The notes under the pieces are model-generated. The model saw nothing but the letters and a program-made list of their open reading frames with translations. It did not search any database and had not been told where the DNA came from. A DNA stretch of 58,519 nt, the filler included, from Sphacelaria rigidula (Eukaryota), in the NCBI GenBank assembly GCA_964200075.2. It is 7 parts of 7 records of this genome, joined end to end, with 100 filler letters (N's around TTAATTAATTAA, not from the genome) between each part and the next. Parts side by side here need not be neighbours in the genome. Positions count along the whole stretch, not along the records: positions 33,499 to 41,772 come from CAXNAA020011698.1; positions 41,873 to 50,146 come from CAXNAA020011699.1; 5 more parts are not named here. One strand, written 5' to 3'. Below, piece by piece: positions 36,201 through 50,146 of this stretch. Numbering within the stretch: position 1 is the first letter of the stretch; every line of letters starts with the position of its first letter. Made by a program: the position numbers and the translations under genes.

Positions 36201-36956
36201 AGTCAGCGTCGACCTGTAGTACGTTTTCATCATCCTCTTATCCTTGCCCGACCACTGTGTCAGCAAACCGCATGCTGCTCCAAGCGAGGTCACGCTGGGC
36301 ATACTGGACATCATCTGCACCTTGCAGCCGAGATTGGTGTTACTCCTGCTCACGGTTCAAGCTCGGTGGGCCATCTAGACTTCTCAGGTCTGCTTCGCTC
36401 TCGATCATGATGGCGTCGCGGTCACCTCACGCAGCTGGAGATCACCATATCGTCGGCGCTCGATGCACCGGCCGCTGACACCGCTGGGGAAGTGACGATG
36501 ACTGCCCCGCTGTTCCCCCCTGTCGTTCCTCCCCCGACTTTCGCCCCGTTTGTCACCCCTTCCCGTCCAACCCCAACCCTTTCCCCACGCTTGCCCATTT
36601 TTTAGTTCATTGCGTTCTTCTACTTTTTACTCTCCAGGCGTCTTGCACCCCGGGCATTTCATGGCTGCTCTGTCTGCCCGCTCTCCCCACTCGCACAAAA
36701 CCGCCACATGATCGCTTTGTCGAACCCAACGCCCGTTACACCAAACCCACATGCAGTCGCCGCTCTCACCGTTCCCCCGTGTTTTGTATTTTCGTATGCC
36801 CCTCACTTTTTTGGCTTCTTCTTTTTTCTTCCCCTTGAAATACCCCACATAATGGTACTATGGTACTATACTTATGCCGCCGCCATGTGGCCCGCGCGAA
36901 CGGCTGAACAAGAACGATATCAATCAGTGCATACCAATTTCACATGCACACGAAAG

Positions 36957-37160
36957 TTCGACTTGACGGTCGACGAGGGAAAGGGACTGCTGAACCCCTC
37001 TTACGATAAAAAAAAAGGCAAGCACCGCAGAAGGAAGGTGGAGTACTGAAACAAACAAACAAAAAAGCTCCTGTGTTGGCCTTCCTCCTGTGTGACCCCG
37101 GCTGATGCGCTCACATATACCGAAACGTCTAGACTGGCGTCCAGAATAAATGGGATGACA

Positions 37161-37206
<46 letters not shown>

Positions 37207-37210
37207 ACAC
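36957..37210 (+). mobile_element. 5'-truncated family A SINE copy with long (CA)n tail
   Basis: Aligns by eye to 3440-3658 over its whole length. Confidence 0.85.
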
Positions 37211-39830
37211 TCGCGTATCTCTCCGGCCAGTGCGACAAGGTGGTCTTCTGTCAAAAACATGCTGACGGTGCAAACGTGATCACAGGCGCGCGCCCTCCTA
37301 CGCTCGTTGACAAGCGTCTATCAGCCGTCAATACTGGCAAAAGGCCCTCCACTCTGCATCGAACACGAATTGCACACGTCGGAGAGACACGGGGGGTGGA
37401 GCGGCGAGGCAGGGGCGCCACGGAACATGTGATGCGATCCAGGTGTTCAGCTACAACTTGAGCGCCTGATCGAGTGAATGGGCAGCGGAGCAATAAAACA
37501 TGTTGTCAGAGCCTGTGCTGGGCCCGCTGGAAGCAAGCAAGAGAGACAACTCATGGCTGCTCAGAAGCAACGGAAGAGCCGCACAGTGTACTTGCTCGCA
37601 GCACCCCGCGCACTTTCACTGCTTGCTTCTCACGGGCAAAGTTTCGCATGCACACACGAGACTTCCGCTTCGTCCTCAGTGCCGACATCAACCCTAGGGT
37701 ACTTACTGTAGAGGCCCGTGTCCTCGCAGGTGGAATGACACACCGCAACCTAACGGAAGGCTTGTGATGTGCACGGAGCGTGGTCGCAGCCAGTACTGTT
37801 ATGAGGTACACGACGATGAAGCAACCTACTTTAGGTGTAGCCCAACGTTGTTCGCTTAAAAAAATGTACTACGAGTAGACGAAAGCATTTTGACGGCACT
37901 TCCGTTAAGGCTAGGCGGGTGAGAGAGTTTCACCGGCAATCCGCATCTACGTGGAGAAAGCAATAAATAATGCAGTTTCTGACTGAAACATCTGGTGGAG
38001 ATGCTAATTTCGATGACTCGAATGTCGATTCTGGGTAATGAGACAACATGTACACCTGATTCACCAAGTCGACCTCTAAGTACTGCGGATAGGTCGACAA
38101 TTGTGGCGTCGCGATGATCGAATCTACGTCATCCAAACCGGAGGACCGGAGGGTCCGACGTACCTGCCACACGGCTCGAGTCATATCCCGCGGTGCTAAC
38201 GTCGAATGAAGGTTACAGCAGCTCTATAGACGGGTGCCGACCGATCCATCTGACTTGCGACAGCTGCCGGGCTGAACCCGCCATTTCTTTCGTCGGGTGC
38301 ACTACACCCAACAAATTATGGGGAGCCGGAGATTCCATATGCGACACGTATGATAATATACAACACACTTGAAAAAACGAAATGGAGGTAGGGCGCGCAT
38401 GATTTATTCGGGAATGAGTAAAGGGACGCCCCGGGGGTGGTATCCTCCGCCCTGCTTCGTTGCGGACGAACGACTACCTTTGTGGCTACGCCAGAGGTAC
38501 ATGAGAACCTGTAGCACGTAGACGACTCAGTAACGGGATCTACCAATACGTGTCCTGGGCGTCAATGTCCGCTTGACACGGCGTCATGTGTCGAAGAACA
38601 CCCCCCCCCTATGAGCGTATTTCGGAAAAGGATGAAGCGATTTCGAACGTGGTGCAGGGGAGGGTAGCATTCAGGATAGGGTAATTGGGGTTATCGGTAC
38701 CACGGCAGCAGGTATCAAGGAGTACTCTTAATACTTCCGGCAGTCGATCGCCAGGTGCCATGGAGTACTCTTGTCATGTCGGCTGTCGACACTCCAGGTG
38801 GCCCACAATGCTCGGCAGCACTTCGACATTCTATACCCCGGGTGGTCTTCCGTACTGTACTCAGTACTGTACTCAGTATTCTCTGTAACCGATACCCCGG
38901 CTACCTTGGGGTGCTTGGAACTGTAGATACCCTGGAAACTCAGGGTGCTGCCGCGATATGCGGCAAGCAACATAATCTTCAGGGTTAGGGTACTTTTGCA
39001 CTCTATCGACAGCTCTGGCGCACCTCGAAGGTCATTTGACATTGGGCTGCGCATTCTGCAACTTGAGCCGCACACTGCCGTGGTGTAATGTTCCGTAGAA
39101 TGGTGGGTACCTTTAGCATTCGATACCGCAGGTACCCTGCCCGGATATACCCCGTATTTCAGTTATGTGAGGTGTTGGCGTCGTTGGATTTGCTCTCATG
39201 ACATGCACAAAAAAAAACAGAAATCCTCCTAATAATTTCCCTTCTATCTGTCGTAAAAAAACTCAGATCGCCCTAAAACTTGGCAGGTCGGTAGGTGTCG
39301 ATGCTCCAAATGGACGAAGAAATTGTTCCTTGATAAATATTATTCTGAAGCTTCTCCGCTCTCAACCGGCTTCCGGGTTCTTGATGCTGAGAGACCCCTC
39401 GGAAGCCGGCACAGAACGCCTCAACACGAAACAAGAAAACACTACGCGTTCCCGGGTAGTCCAAGAAACACACGTGCAAAGTTTGCTTGCGAAACTCGAA
39501 AGCCTTATCTAGTTTTGCTCGGATTAACGTTGAACATACCCGAAAAGGATGGTTTAATACAAAAATCAAGTAGTTAGGATGTTGCACGTTCCAAACTCAC
39601 TTCATCGTACACAAGCGCAACGGTCCACGCCGATTGCATGAGAGAGACTCTGAAACTCGGCACGCATTTACTATGGGATATGACAAAACGTTGTATGCAT
39701 GGGACCATGCGATTTTTGTTTCCCCGCCAGTCCACGGGGGTCCCAGGAGGGCATGTGGCTCCCCGGGGATCCCGGAGAACTGGTGACAAAAAAAGTCGGA
39801 AGACCCATTCATCCACAGTTTCGTAAGGTT

Positions 39831-40392
39831 CCAAAGTTCATGTGTGCGATTTTTCAGAGTCTAAGACCGGATCTTATGGCACACAGATTTTCGGCCCACG
39901 GGTTGTATACCTTTGGGACGTTTGACCCACCTTTTGACCCCCAAGCAGGGAAAATCGCCAACAAACGTCGCGGACATTTTGCATCACCCCACACAGAGGA
40001 GCGTAGCCCACTTTTTAGATTCGCTTGGCTCCGAGGTTTCGAGATTGGCCGCTGAACAATAATCTGTGTGCAATAAAATCTACGACGGTCTCCACAGATT
40101 ATTGGGCAGACTGCCGTATGTTGCCAAGCACAGATTACTGCACACGTATTATTGTTCAGCGACCAATCTCGAAACCTCGGAGCCAAGAGAATCTGAAAAG
40201 TAGGCTAGGCTCCTCTTGATTGGGTGATGCAAAATGTCCGAGACGTGTGTTGGCGGTTTTCGTGATTTGGGGGTCAAAAAGTGAGTCAAACGTCCCAAAA
40301 GTGAACAATCCGGGGGCCAAAAACAGGTGTGCCATAACATCTGGCCTAACTCCCAGAATCGGCGTGAACATTTGCGCACGAGTGAAGTTTGG
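39831..40392. mobile_element. ~560-bp foldback element
   Basis: Arms such as CTTGGCTCCGAGGTTTCGAGATTGGCCGCTGAACAATAAT / ATTATTGTTCAGCGACCAATCTCGAAACCTCGGAGCCAAG stay complementary over more than 200 bp. Confidence 0.8.
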
Positions 40393-43300
40393 GTGTAAAG
40401 GGTGAACCAAACACCCTTGAACGACTTCATTTCCCACGGAAGGAATGACGGAGGGAAGCGAACCACTAACGTACGGTGTAGGCATTCTAGCAACACCTCT
40501 TTTGCGTTCACAGGCATCACGGCTCACCCTCTGATGGGAAAACACAGAGAATGAACACTGACCGGGTGAGGATGTTGGGGACGGTATCGACCGAAAGCAG
40601 GTCCCATAAGGGCGGGCGAGGTGGCCCATATACCAAGAGGGTGCTCTGTGTACGTGTCTAGGAGCATCGTCATACATGTGGAACAGGTTGAAACGACGGA
40701 TAACACCAGCTATGAGCATGTTTACGGAGGAACTGAAACGGGGTGGGGGTGGTGACACATGAACGTGGCAGCATGCAGATGCGGTATGATAAATCCCCCA
40801 TGAATTCCGTATTAGAGCGTCTTGGGTACAAGAAAGACGTTTTGTCATCACGTCGAACATCGCTGGTAGGCTTGTTCGAATGCTGTGATCGGAGGCTCTC
40901 AGAAAACATCGGTTATCCGAGCATGTCCCCTGCCTGCCTGAGTCGAGGGGTGCTAAACTCACCGAGTCCAAACGAGGACAAGCCAAAAAAACTCTCATTT
41001 TTTGCCAGATTTCGGAATATCCCCCAACTCCTGCAGAGAACAAGTTTGTTTCTTCTCGAAAAACGGACCGCTGCTTTTGAACGAGCCTTGCCAAAATGTT
41101 TGGGGTCATGGGAAGCGGGATAGGTTCTCCGACATGCCCACCGCAAGCTGAAGCCACCAGAAGATCTGTTTGTCATGCCAAAATTCATGTTTTTCAGACC
41201 AAAACCCGAGACAAACAGCTGAGCACAGTCTCCTCCACGGCAACTATGAATCACGATAGAAGCTCCACACATGCACACGCAATGGCTATAACCGCGACTC
41301 GCACCCCTTACATTTTGCTTTTCATAGTCGAGGTGGGGCATCAGCGAGTAGTTTCCAGCGTCGGTGTATCAATGGTCGTTGTTTTCAATCACATTTAGAT
41401 ACATTGCTCACTATCCACATATTTCGTCGCTTTTTGTTCGCTATTTTCCGTCACTGCGGCACCATGAACAACGATAATGATATACTTCCTCAGTCCCATG
41501 CGTCGTGGTGGTTATATTTGCACGGGCCTTCTACAGTGTCCGATTTGATCTCTGTCCCTTTTGCTGCATTATTCGGCGTCTTTTTTAGTTTAAACAAGTT
41601 TTGCGTTTCTGAACAGTTGATGCTTGACCCATGCGGCCGAACCGACGCTACAAAAACAGTCGGCCCGAAAATGGCCGTATTTTGCCCTTTTTCTGGAGGT
41701 GGAGGGGGGGCAAAAGAGGAATATAAAGAAAACGGCAAAAATAGCGCGCGGGGGGGGGGGGGGGAGGAAAAANNNNNNNNNNNNNNNNNNNNNNNNNNNN
41801 NNNNNNNNNNNNNNNNTTAATTAATTAANNNNNNNNNNNNNNNNNNNNNNNNNNNNNNNNNNNNNNNNNNNNCGAACTCGCCCGCATCGTTGCGATCGCC
41901 AGCGGGGTAAGTGTTGGGTTGGGTTTCCTCCTTCCATCAAGGAAAAAAAAAAAAGTAGCATGCAGACGGAAACAATTGCGCGAAGAAAATGCTGACGTAC
42001 AAGAGGAAATCACTGGCGGGGTGACTGAGCTTCTTATTCAGAGCTGGTTGAGCACAGTAGCCCATTCTCACTTTGGAGGCGATCAGCTTGTTTGTTACCA
42101 TCATGAGCAGCCTAGTGACCGTATACTGTAGTACTGTGGGAGATGGAATCCATGTGATGATGGAAGACGAGTCTGCTATCGTGGTTAGTGTCTTGTGAGC
42201 CTGGTAACCTTGAAGGGCTGCAAAAAGTATGTTTGCCATCTCTCGCTTTGCTTGGTATTTTGTTCACACCTTTGTATACTAACGCCTGATAAAATGATGC
42301 GCCATCTCTGATTTTTTTTGTTAATCTTCATTGTCGCATCTTTGGATGTGCACGCACGACGGCTGTTGGGGTCACAATAAATCCCTTCATCCACCACGCG
42401 TACCGGAGTGCATGCAGCACAGATAGTACAGTATGATGCAGTTGCACGCGAGGAATTACTATAACCGCGGCCTTGCGCGGAGGGTACCGAGGTGTTCGAT
42501 TCCGCGGAAACCGTAACACCTCATTTTTATCGTCTACTTACCGCAGTCGTGCAACCCCGTTGCCATACCACACTATTGGAAAATGATACGGAGTTGTGTC
42601 GAAGGATACCAAGGGAACAACTCCCACCCGTCTCGTGCCGCACTTGACGGGTACCGGGCACCGTGTACCGTGATGGTCCAGCGAAAGTAGTGCGCCTTAC
42701 TTTACATGAGATTGCCCTATGTCGAGGGCGCGTCTAAATTCAATTTATTTCGGTGTTTGTGATGTGACGTTGCGGTCTCGGATTTCGGCGGTAAAACCGG
42801 AGTGGTCTCGGCTCGGCCCTCCTACTGTAAAACGAAGGTCTACCCCAAGGGTCCGTCAGAAATATATTCCGGGACACGTAGGCCCCAAGATCGAAAATTC
42901 GAGTTTTTGAAGGAGGGGGGGGGAGGGGGGGGGGGGGCACCCAGCCTGCTGTCCAGTAGTTTATTGCCGACGCGTTGGCGGGTACGGCCAGCTGCCCTGT
43001 ACAGAGATTCTTGGCATAGAGACCGATGAGATGACGGGCACACCGCCCCTACAAGGTCATCACTTACCATGATTGCAATCATGGGATCATGTTCCGCGTC
43101 GTGTGCCTTGACTAATTACCACTAGTAGTCCGAGCGAATTTGGCGAGGCGTAAGATAACGTTGCTACTTTGACTACCGGCTGTCGCTACCGTGCGCTCGT
43201 GTATTGTACATAAATGTTTGTGAACTTTGCCGGCATCCGAGGTCATCGGGACAGAGCGAGCAAGGAGAAGACGCAAATGCACGAGCCTCGCAAAGCCCGC

Positions 43301-44488
43301 CAGACGTTACGGTTTTTGCAAGTGTATGTTGATCATTTCCTTCCAACAGTTGCAACAAAAATTCAAAAATACCACAAAAACAATGACCAAGCAAAATATC
43401 AGAAATCATGACAATTTTCGAAAAATTGCCCTCCGGCAGGGGGGAGGCTCCATGTCCGAAATGTTTCTCTCGACAGACCCTTGGTCGGCCCGTGACTTAT
43501 CTTTTACTTACACGTGGTATCTATCTTCAAACGGTAGGTAGTGGAGGCACTGGTGGACTCGTTTCAGTACCAAAACGCCCAGGTATTATCATGTAAATGC
43601 TTTGTCCTGTGTCTCGTTCGAAACACGCGTTTCATGCTCATACTAAAAAGTGCCTGTACTGCAGTATGGTTGCTTCCTTGCATTCCTTGACAAAAACTAC
43701 GCTTCCCGCGCCTCGTACAAATTATATGATAACCAGAGCATGTCGGTGGCGTGTATATCATGGATATCCGTTTTTGAACTGGTACGGTATACTGTTTGGT
43801 ACAGCACGCAGCATCGGCAGTAGTACCAGATCGAAAAACAACTGGTTCACCACACCTCCAAGTGTAACAACGATGGACTCGCTGGCATCTCCTATGCGTG
43901 TTTTGGAACAAAGGGTGATGAAATATGAGGAGCAATACCGTGACGAGCTGCCACACGGGAGTACAACGCTGTAGTGCACAAGCGCGCTGGCACGATGTCG
44001 GCAACACGGGAAAAGCACGCGGTACGAGTAGCGCGCGTGCTGCAAAAAACAAACGCGCTTCGCCGTGTAAATTAATGCAGAGCGTTTCATTTAGTCCAAT
44101 GCAGAGCTTAGTTGCCTTATGGATGTGGAGCCGACACTGCGTACTAACCGCACTGTGACGCGTTGGGCGGTACTACCTGCTCACTGCACAGCGGCAGGGT
44201 GCAGGGTGACAAAGCACATAGCAGGACGTCATATCCTCAGTTTATCCCTGTTGTGCATTGATTTTGCGTTGTCCTATGCAGTTCGCCACATCATGAATCC
44301 AGCCGCTTGTACCTGTGGCCTACGTATACGCAGGATATCACGCCTCGCTACGGGCTATATTGCCACCTCACATTTTGTTAAGCTGTCCGTGTTGCAGCTA
44401 CAGCGTGCGTTTGCCCCAGGTGGCGCATGCAGAAGTCAAAGCCTGTAATGGCTGCCTGTATGTTGGGCGAAGCTGTATGGTAACACAG

Positions 44489-44559
44489 CCGCGGCTGGTG
44501 CGCCCACATATACCGAAAGGTGGAGACCGGCATCCAGAGTAGATGGGACAACAACACAC
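44489..44559 (+). mobile_element. Short 3' fragment of family A SINE
   Basis: GGCTGGTGCGCCCACATATACCGAAAGGTGGAGACCGGCATCCAGAGTAGATGGGACAACAACACA matches the 3' end of 3302-3658. Confidence 0.75.
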
Positions 44560-47500
44560 CGACTTTGCGCCGTACACTCTCGACAACGTGTTCGTACTGA
44601 CTGTAGAAATCTTCTTGTCCACGGTTGGGTACATTTCCATATAACGCAGGGACTGGTACATATCGACTTATAATGTAACGGAGGGTCTGGTATATTTCCA
44701 CCGGTACATGTACGTGATGTCGAGAAAAAAACCGCAACATCTGGGAGAAATGCAGGGGAGGCAATCGCCGAAATATTCACATGCAAACTCTGCTCCAGTG
44801 CACTGTAATATGACATCGCTAGAAGAACACTACCATAACCACCTTGCCGGCTGCCAGACTGTCACAGACTATCAGTACGTAGGATCCGCTAGCACTGATA
44901 CTGTTTGTACGGGGGTGTTGCTCCCCTGTCAGTTACGTTTTGGAGCATGATACTAGATGAAGATCATCCTTCCTTGTACATGAGCACCAAGCGCTGGGCG
45001 TCCTCACTCAAGACTTCGATTTGGGGCATGATACTAGGTAGGCAGCGGCAACTGCTGTGTGTCCAGGTGCCCCTTGGAGCAGGATGCGTTTGATGTCTGT
45101 TTGACGAAGTTATCCCCCCCAAAACGAAATCGATGGGAGTTTTAGAGTGGAAAAATCTAGCAAAACAATATCGCGAGAATCGGGTCGCAAAAATCCTGTC
45201 GCGAGAACGGAGTCGCAAAAAACTGCTTAGTCGAATTTTTCCACGGAGCAGAAACCACATTCACTTCGTGAAATTGGAATTGGAATTGAAAATTGAATAC
45301 CGCTAGCTAGAAAAGCCATGTATATAACATGTCGGGGCTGACCACGAGGTCAGACTGTACCACCGTACTATTGTATTAGGGGCGTTCATCACTAATAGGC
45401 GATCGGCAGGGCACACCAGTCCTATCGCACGCGTTCAATACATCACCCTTGGAAGTCTGCTGCGGGATAGCCCTCCCCAAAAGCGCCCTCTCGTCAGAAC
45501 GTGGCGCGAAATCATTGTGCGGCATTGGACGAGTAACAATCACGGACAGTGGTGCTCTAATGCGGCTTAATCAAGGACGTAATATTATTGCTAGGTGGCC
45601 CGTCAACATTGCCGCTTCTGCTGGCATGTGCGGGACAGGGAAGAAGCCTTCAGCAGACAAGCAACAGCGTTAGTCTGAGTCCTTTTAACCTCATCGAGGG
45701 CGACATTAATGATCATACGGTGCACTTTTCAGAGTCACCGGCGTTTCGACGCGTAATTGTGGAGGTCAAATTGCACCGGACTATAAAACATAATAACCGG
45801 TGACTGAAAATGGGTCACCACGCCGCCATTGACGAACACACAGACAACCCATGCTCATACATACAAGCTTGAGCACAGGCGGACTCATGGCGACAAGCAT
45901 TCATCTTGATTTAGCAGTTGTCACACATGAAGTGATCCAGTAGTAATCCAGCCGTGGTCACAAGGTAGACATATCCTAAGGTAACTAGACGGAAACGTTG
46001 CTGAAAGGAAACTCGTCTCAGAAGGAACATGAAAGAACAAACGAAGTCACCTGATGAAAAAACAAGGGCATGATAAACATAAGAAGAATGCCCATGTCGA
46101 GATCTACTGCCGGTCCCGGAGAGGAAGAGCCGGCAAATCCCTGCCGCATTGCTTCAAGCACGGGCGCACCGCACAAACGTAACACAGAATAAGAGGGACA
46201 AGGCCGTGCGGGCTATGGCTGAGGCTGGTCGGTACGCAACCATTGTGTGACACGCGTCGTTGCAACGTCACGGAAGCTACCTAGTTTTTGGTTTTCCCAG
46301 AGACACTTGCGTTCGCGAATGGTGCAGGTTGTTAGTTCCCACGATGCCTGCTGCCTGCTGTAACACGTCTCCACGCCGGCGGCCAAGAATGAGATAACTA
46401 TATCGAGGCCTGACTAGCACTGGAGTGCAGGAGTGTGAGTACGAGGGAGCAGCGAGGAATCAGCTACATATCCCGCTGAGGAGATCACGTCTTGTGAAAA
46501 GAAAAAATGAGAACGACACGAAAAAGTCGTTGTATTGAGCACGTTTGGGGCGTAGGAGAAACGAAGTATGTTCCACGACGACGCAAAATGTGTGCCAGCT
46601 GTGAACTCTCACCCGCTAACTAGCCACTTCAACACTTTGTTCAACGCAAGCGGTGCAGGAACGACGTACTTCTATCCGCGACCAATACCGTGGAGGCCGT
46701 GCCGTATTTTGGCTGTGTATCAATTTCTGGGTTGAGCGACAGAGGAGATTTACGCGGAAAAATGGCACTTACGAAGTTGGTGCTCCAGTGAGGATGCGGA
46801 CGAAGTAAACGCGGAAATTCTTCAAGCCCCACGTTGTGCTCCTGCAGTACACTTACACGCATGGGGGGTTCCAGCGAACGCACAAAACCCGAGCCTAGAC
46901 CCCGCGAAGCTACACCGATCCGCACAGTATTTCTGGAGCTACAGCAGGTCGTGTAGGCGCCACTAACACTGACACTACATCTGTCGATCCCTGCGAAGAT
47001 CGACCGTAGGGATTTAAGTCCACTACAACGACTTCATTCCCCTGTGTATTGTAACAGTACTCGTACTGCCTTTGACTCGGTTTGACGCGCGAACCGTTGC
47101 TGAACGACCTTTCACGTCGTTTTCCACAGCTCGAAACAAAGGTTTCGTTGCGAAGACACTTGTTGTACGCATCTTCGACATTGTCTTCATAGCTGACAAC
47201 ATTTTCGCATAAACGAACAAGTGGTGCCATCTCATCTCAGAACCTCGACGACACGTCCTGGTTCCCTGCAGCTCTGATCTGGATGATGGACTATCCAGTC
47301 AACCCACCCTGAACAAAGGTTGGCGCCTTTATTCGTACAAAACATGAGCCCTCTCAGATGTTCAACACGATTACATCAGGCAAATTGATAGAACTCTATC
47401 AAATGGTTATGGCGGGTGCGCAAGAAAAAAACACCGACTTCATCAACAGGCCGATTTCGAAGACATCTCCGTAACTTTGCCAGACGTTGTCAGATCAATG

Positions 47501-48091
47501 AAGTAGACATGACATATTATGCCGACGACAGAGTTCTAATCGGCCGTAAAGTCTATCGGTGAGATCAACCATAGTAGCTAGAAACCAGAAGGTTCAGGAC
47601 CTGACGAAAGCGATTCGACAGAATCCCATGGGTGGATAGAGTCAACGACGCAAAACAGGCAATTTTGTGGTTGTTAATATCGAAACTGTGCCGCCATACC
47701 CACTGTTATGGCACGCATTTGGCGGAATGAAACGAAATGGCCACCTCTACATACTGCCTGCGCGGCAACGACTGGTCCACGCTACCCTTCAATTTCTTTA
47801 GAACATGTGCAGCATTTGGATGCTCCATTCTGAACGAGGTGGTGATATCAACCCTAGAACAACAGCATGCAAGGCAGATAGGCATTCGGTCACTAGTCAG
47901 CGGGGCACAGTGTACTTTGTCCCACGGCAAACCGTCCAGTACTGACGATGTAGCAGCGATTCGCTTGGCTCTGAGTACCTGTTTGTGCAGCCTGGTTGGC
48001 AATTTGATCGTATGTTCAGGCAACACTAACAGAAGACCTTGTTCTCCTCTATTCTCGCACAAAGGAGGCCCACCCAACGCACGGCGCACTG

Positions 48092-48333
48092 GTGTGTGTG
48101 TGTGTGTGTGAGTTGTGGTGGTTGTGGTTGTGGTTGTCGTCGTGTGTGTTAGTGTCCCATCTATTCTGGACGCCGGTCTACACCTTTTGGTATATGTGGG
48201 CGCACCAGCTGGAATCACACAGGAGAAAAGCCAATACAGGAGTTTTTCTTTACTGTTTGTTACTAGTACTCCACCTTTCTTCAGCGGTGCTTGCCTTAAT
48301 TTTTTATCGCGGGACGGGTCCAGCAGTCCCTTC
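48092..48333 (-). mobile_element. 5'-truncated family A SINE copy, reverse strand
   Basis: Reverse complement aligns to 3463-3658; (TG)n/(TGTGGT)n tail at the left end. Confidence 0.8.
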
Positions 48334-48429
48334 ACTGTGACCACGGGTTCGCGAGATCAGACTAATGTGCGGAAACAAAAATAAGAAATAAAAAAAATGA
48401 TAATGATAATGATGATGGTTATGATAATG

Positions 48430-48466
<37 letters not shown>

Positions 48467-50026
48467 TGATGGATTGCTCTGCTCTGCATGGCGCTTTCAA
48501 TTATCTTTTTTTCTTTTCCTTTGTTATGATGGAAAAGGAGCATAATGAGAAACCATGCGCCGTTCTAATCTAGCAAGCTAGGGGTGAGAAACAAGTGATA
48601 CCGAGACCGTAAAACAGCACGCGACAGACCAGCGACTTCAAGGAGGGCGGCAGTCACGCGCAAGGGGGTATGGGTCCTGTCGCAAGTCGAAACGCGGACC
48701 GCCTTCCGCACGAGAAGGAGAAGAAGCAATACAGGGAAAAACAATTGATAAGTACTGTTGTACTCGTACTGGAAATGCTTTGTAATAAGGCAGCGTCCAG
48801 TGCAGGGGAAAACAATTGATACGTACTGTACTCGTACTGAAAATGCTGTGTGGGTAACAACACGCACACAAATCACAGTCGATTTATACGCACAAGGTCT
48901 AGAGAATTGGGTTTCACATTTTCATGGCGTCGCGTCAGTGGCGAGAACCCCACCCCCCAGAGTGCAAAACACCTCATTCTTGTACGTTCGGGTTTGTTGC
49001 GGCTCAGCATCACGCTCGGACTAAAAAGGGAAATGAGTTGACCTAGCAGGGCGCCAAGAGCGATTTTTGTTTTCGACTACGCACTGACGATGTATGAACA
49101 GGTCTGCAGAGCCACGATATTTCAGCTGACTGCCTGTGCATACTAAAAAGAATATGTAAACCATGCGATTTACACAAACCTAAATTTTCGACCAAATGCT
49201 ATTTTTTGGCACCAATGTTACGACGTTTGATTTGGCGGCGGTCCGCCATGTGCTGCTTGATTTGTACCATATGAGCCAGGTCGTTGCTGTTAGGTGACGC
49301 GTGTATTTTTGATGGATATGATTCGCCTGATTACGTTCCAGTTCTTACGCATTCAGCGTTTGTGATGCATTTTCCCAAAATAGAGTACCCGAAATCGGGC
49401 CTCGCCCGACTCATAACATTAGTATAATATCGGACATACCGTCGCGGTTTTCGCTTATTTTCTCTTCTCACGACATCTTTAGATATTGGTTACAATTGAC
49501 TGGCCTCTCCCTGCTTGCTACTTCATCGACGACAAGCAAAACTACAGCACAAGGGGATTTGCTGCACAGCAGTAGCACTACAGTAGTGTGTACAGTTTAA
49601 TAGCTGCCTTGCGGGATCGGATGATCAGCGGCACGGTGACTCCTTTGCGGGAGGAGATGATACACCATCACTGTACTACAAGTACCGTTGTCTGTTGTCT
49701 GCTGTGCGGTACCTGTATGTACAGTAGGTTCTAAAAAGGTCTAATAACACTGTAAGACTTCTGTGTTGTGTTCAGTTTAGTACTTTGTACTGCTTTATAT
49801 ACTGTAGGATTTCTGTATTTTAACAGTAGGGATTAAATTATGTGGGGGGGGGGTAACGTTTTGACCAGGTACTGGTCACGTTTTGGGCAGGTTCTTGAAA
49901 ATTTCTGATCGGTTCTGAAAACATATTCTGGAAAAAACGAACCACTTTTCTGTTACAGAAATCCAATGCCGAATATGAAATGACCTGAGACAATTACCAA
50001 TTTGAAAATTGGACGAAGAAGAAGAA

Positions 50027-50115
50027 TGATGATGATGATAATGATGATGATAACAATAATAATAATTATGATGATGATGATGATAACAATAATAATGATA
50101 ATAATAATAATAATG

Positions 50116-50146
<31 letters not shown>
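50027..50146. repeat. (ATG/ATA)n microsatellite at a contig end
   Basis: Directly visible; other simple repeats are (TA)n ~2306-2328, (CA)n 5554-5587, poly-G 16755-16811, (CT)n 26793-26832, (ATA)n ~48395-48465. Confidence 0.95.

Noticed and set aside
40156-41157. 333-aa minus-strand ORF
   Set aside because: No recognisable motif, atypical composition, and it runs through a palindromic repeat arm
46985-47070. Cdc123/R2K ATP-grasp-like motif VVVVDLNPYG
   Set aside because: A single short motif with no other supporting elements
22081-50013. Giant 28-kb transposon bounded by inverted repeats at 22081-22345 and 49728-50013
   Set aside because: The two copies lie on different, artificially joined contigs and are considerably diverged, so they are dispersed copies
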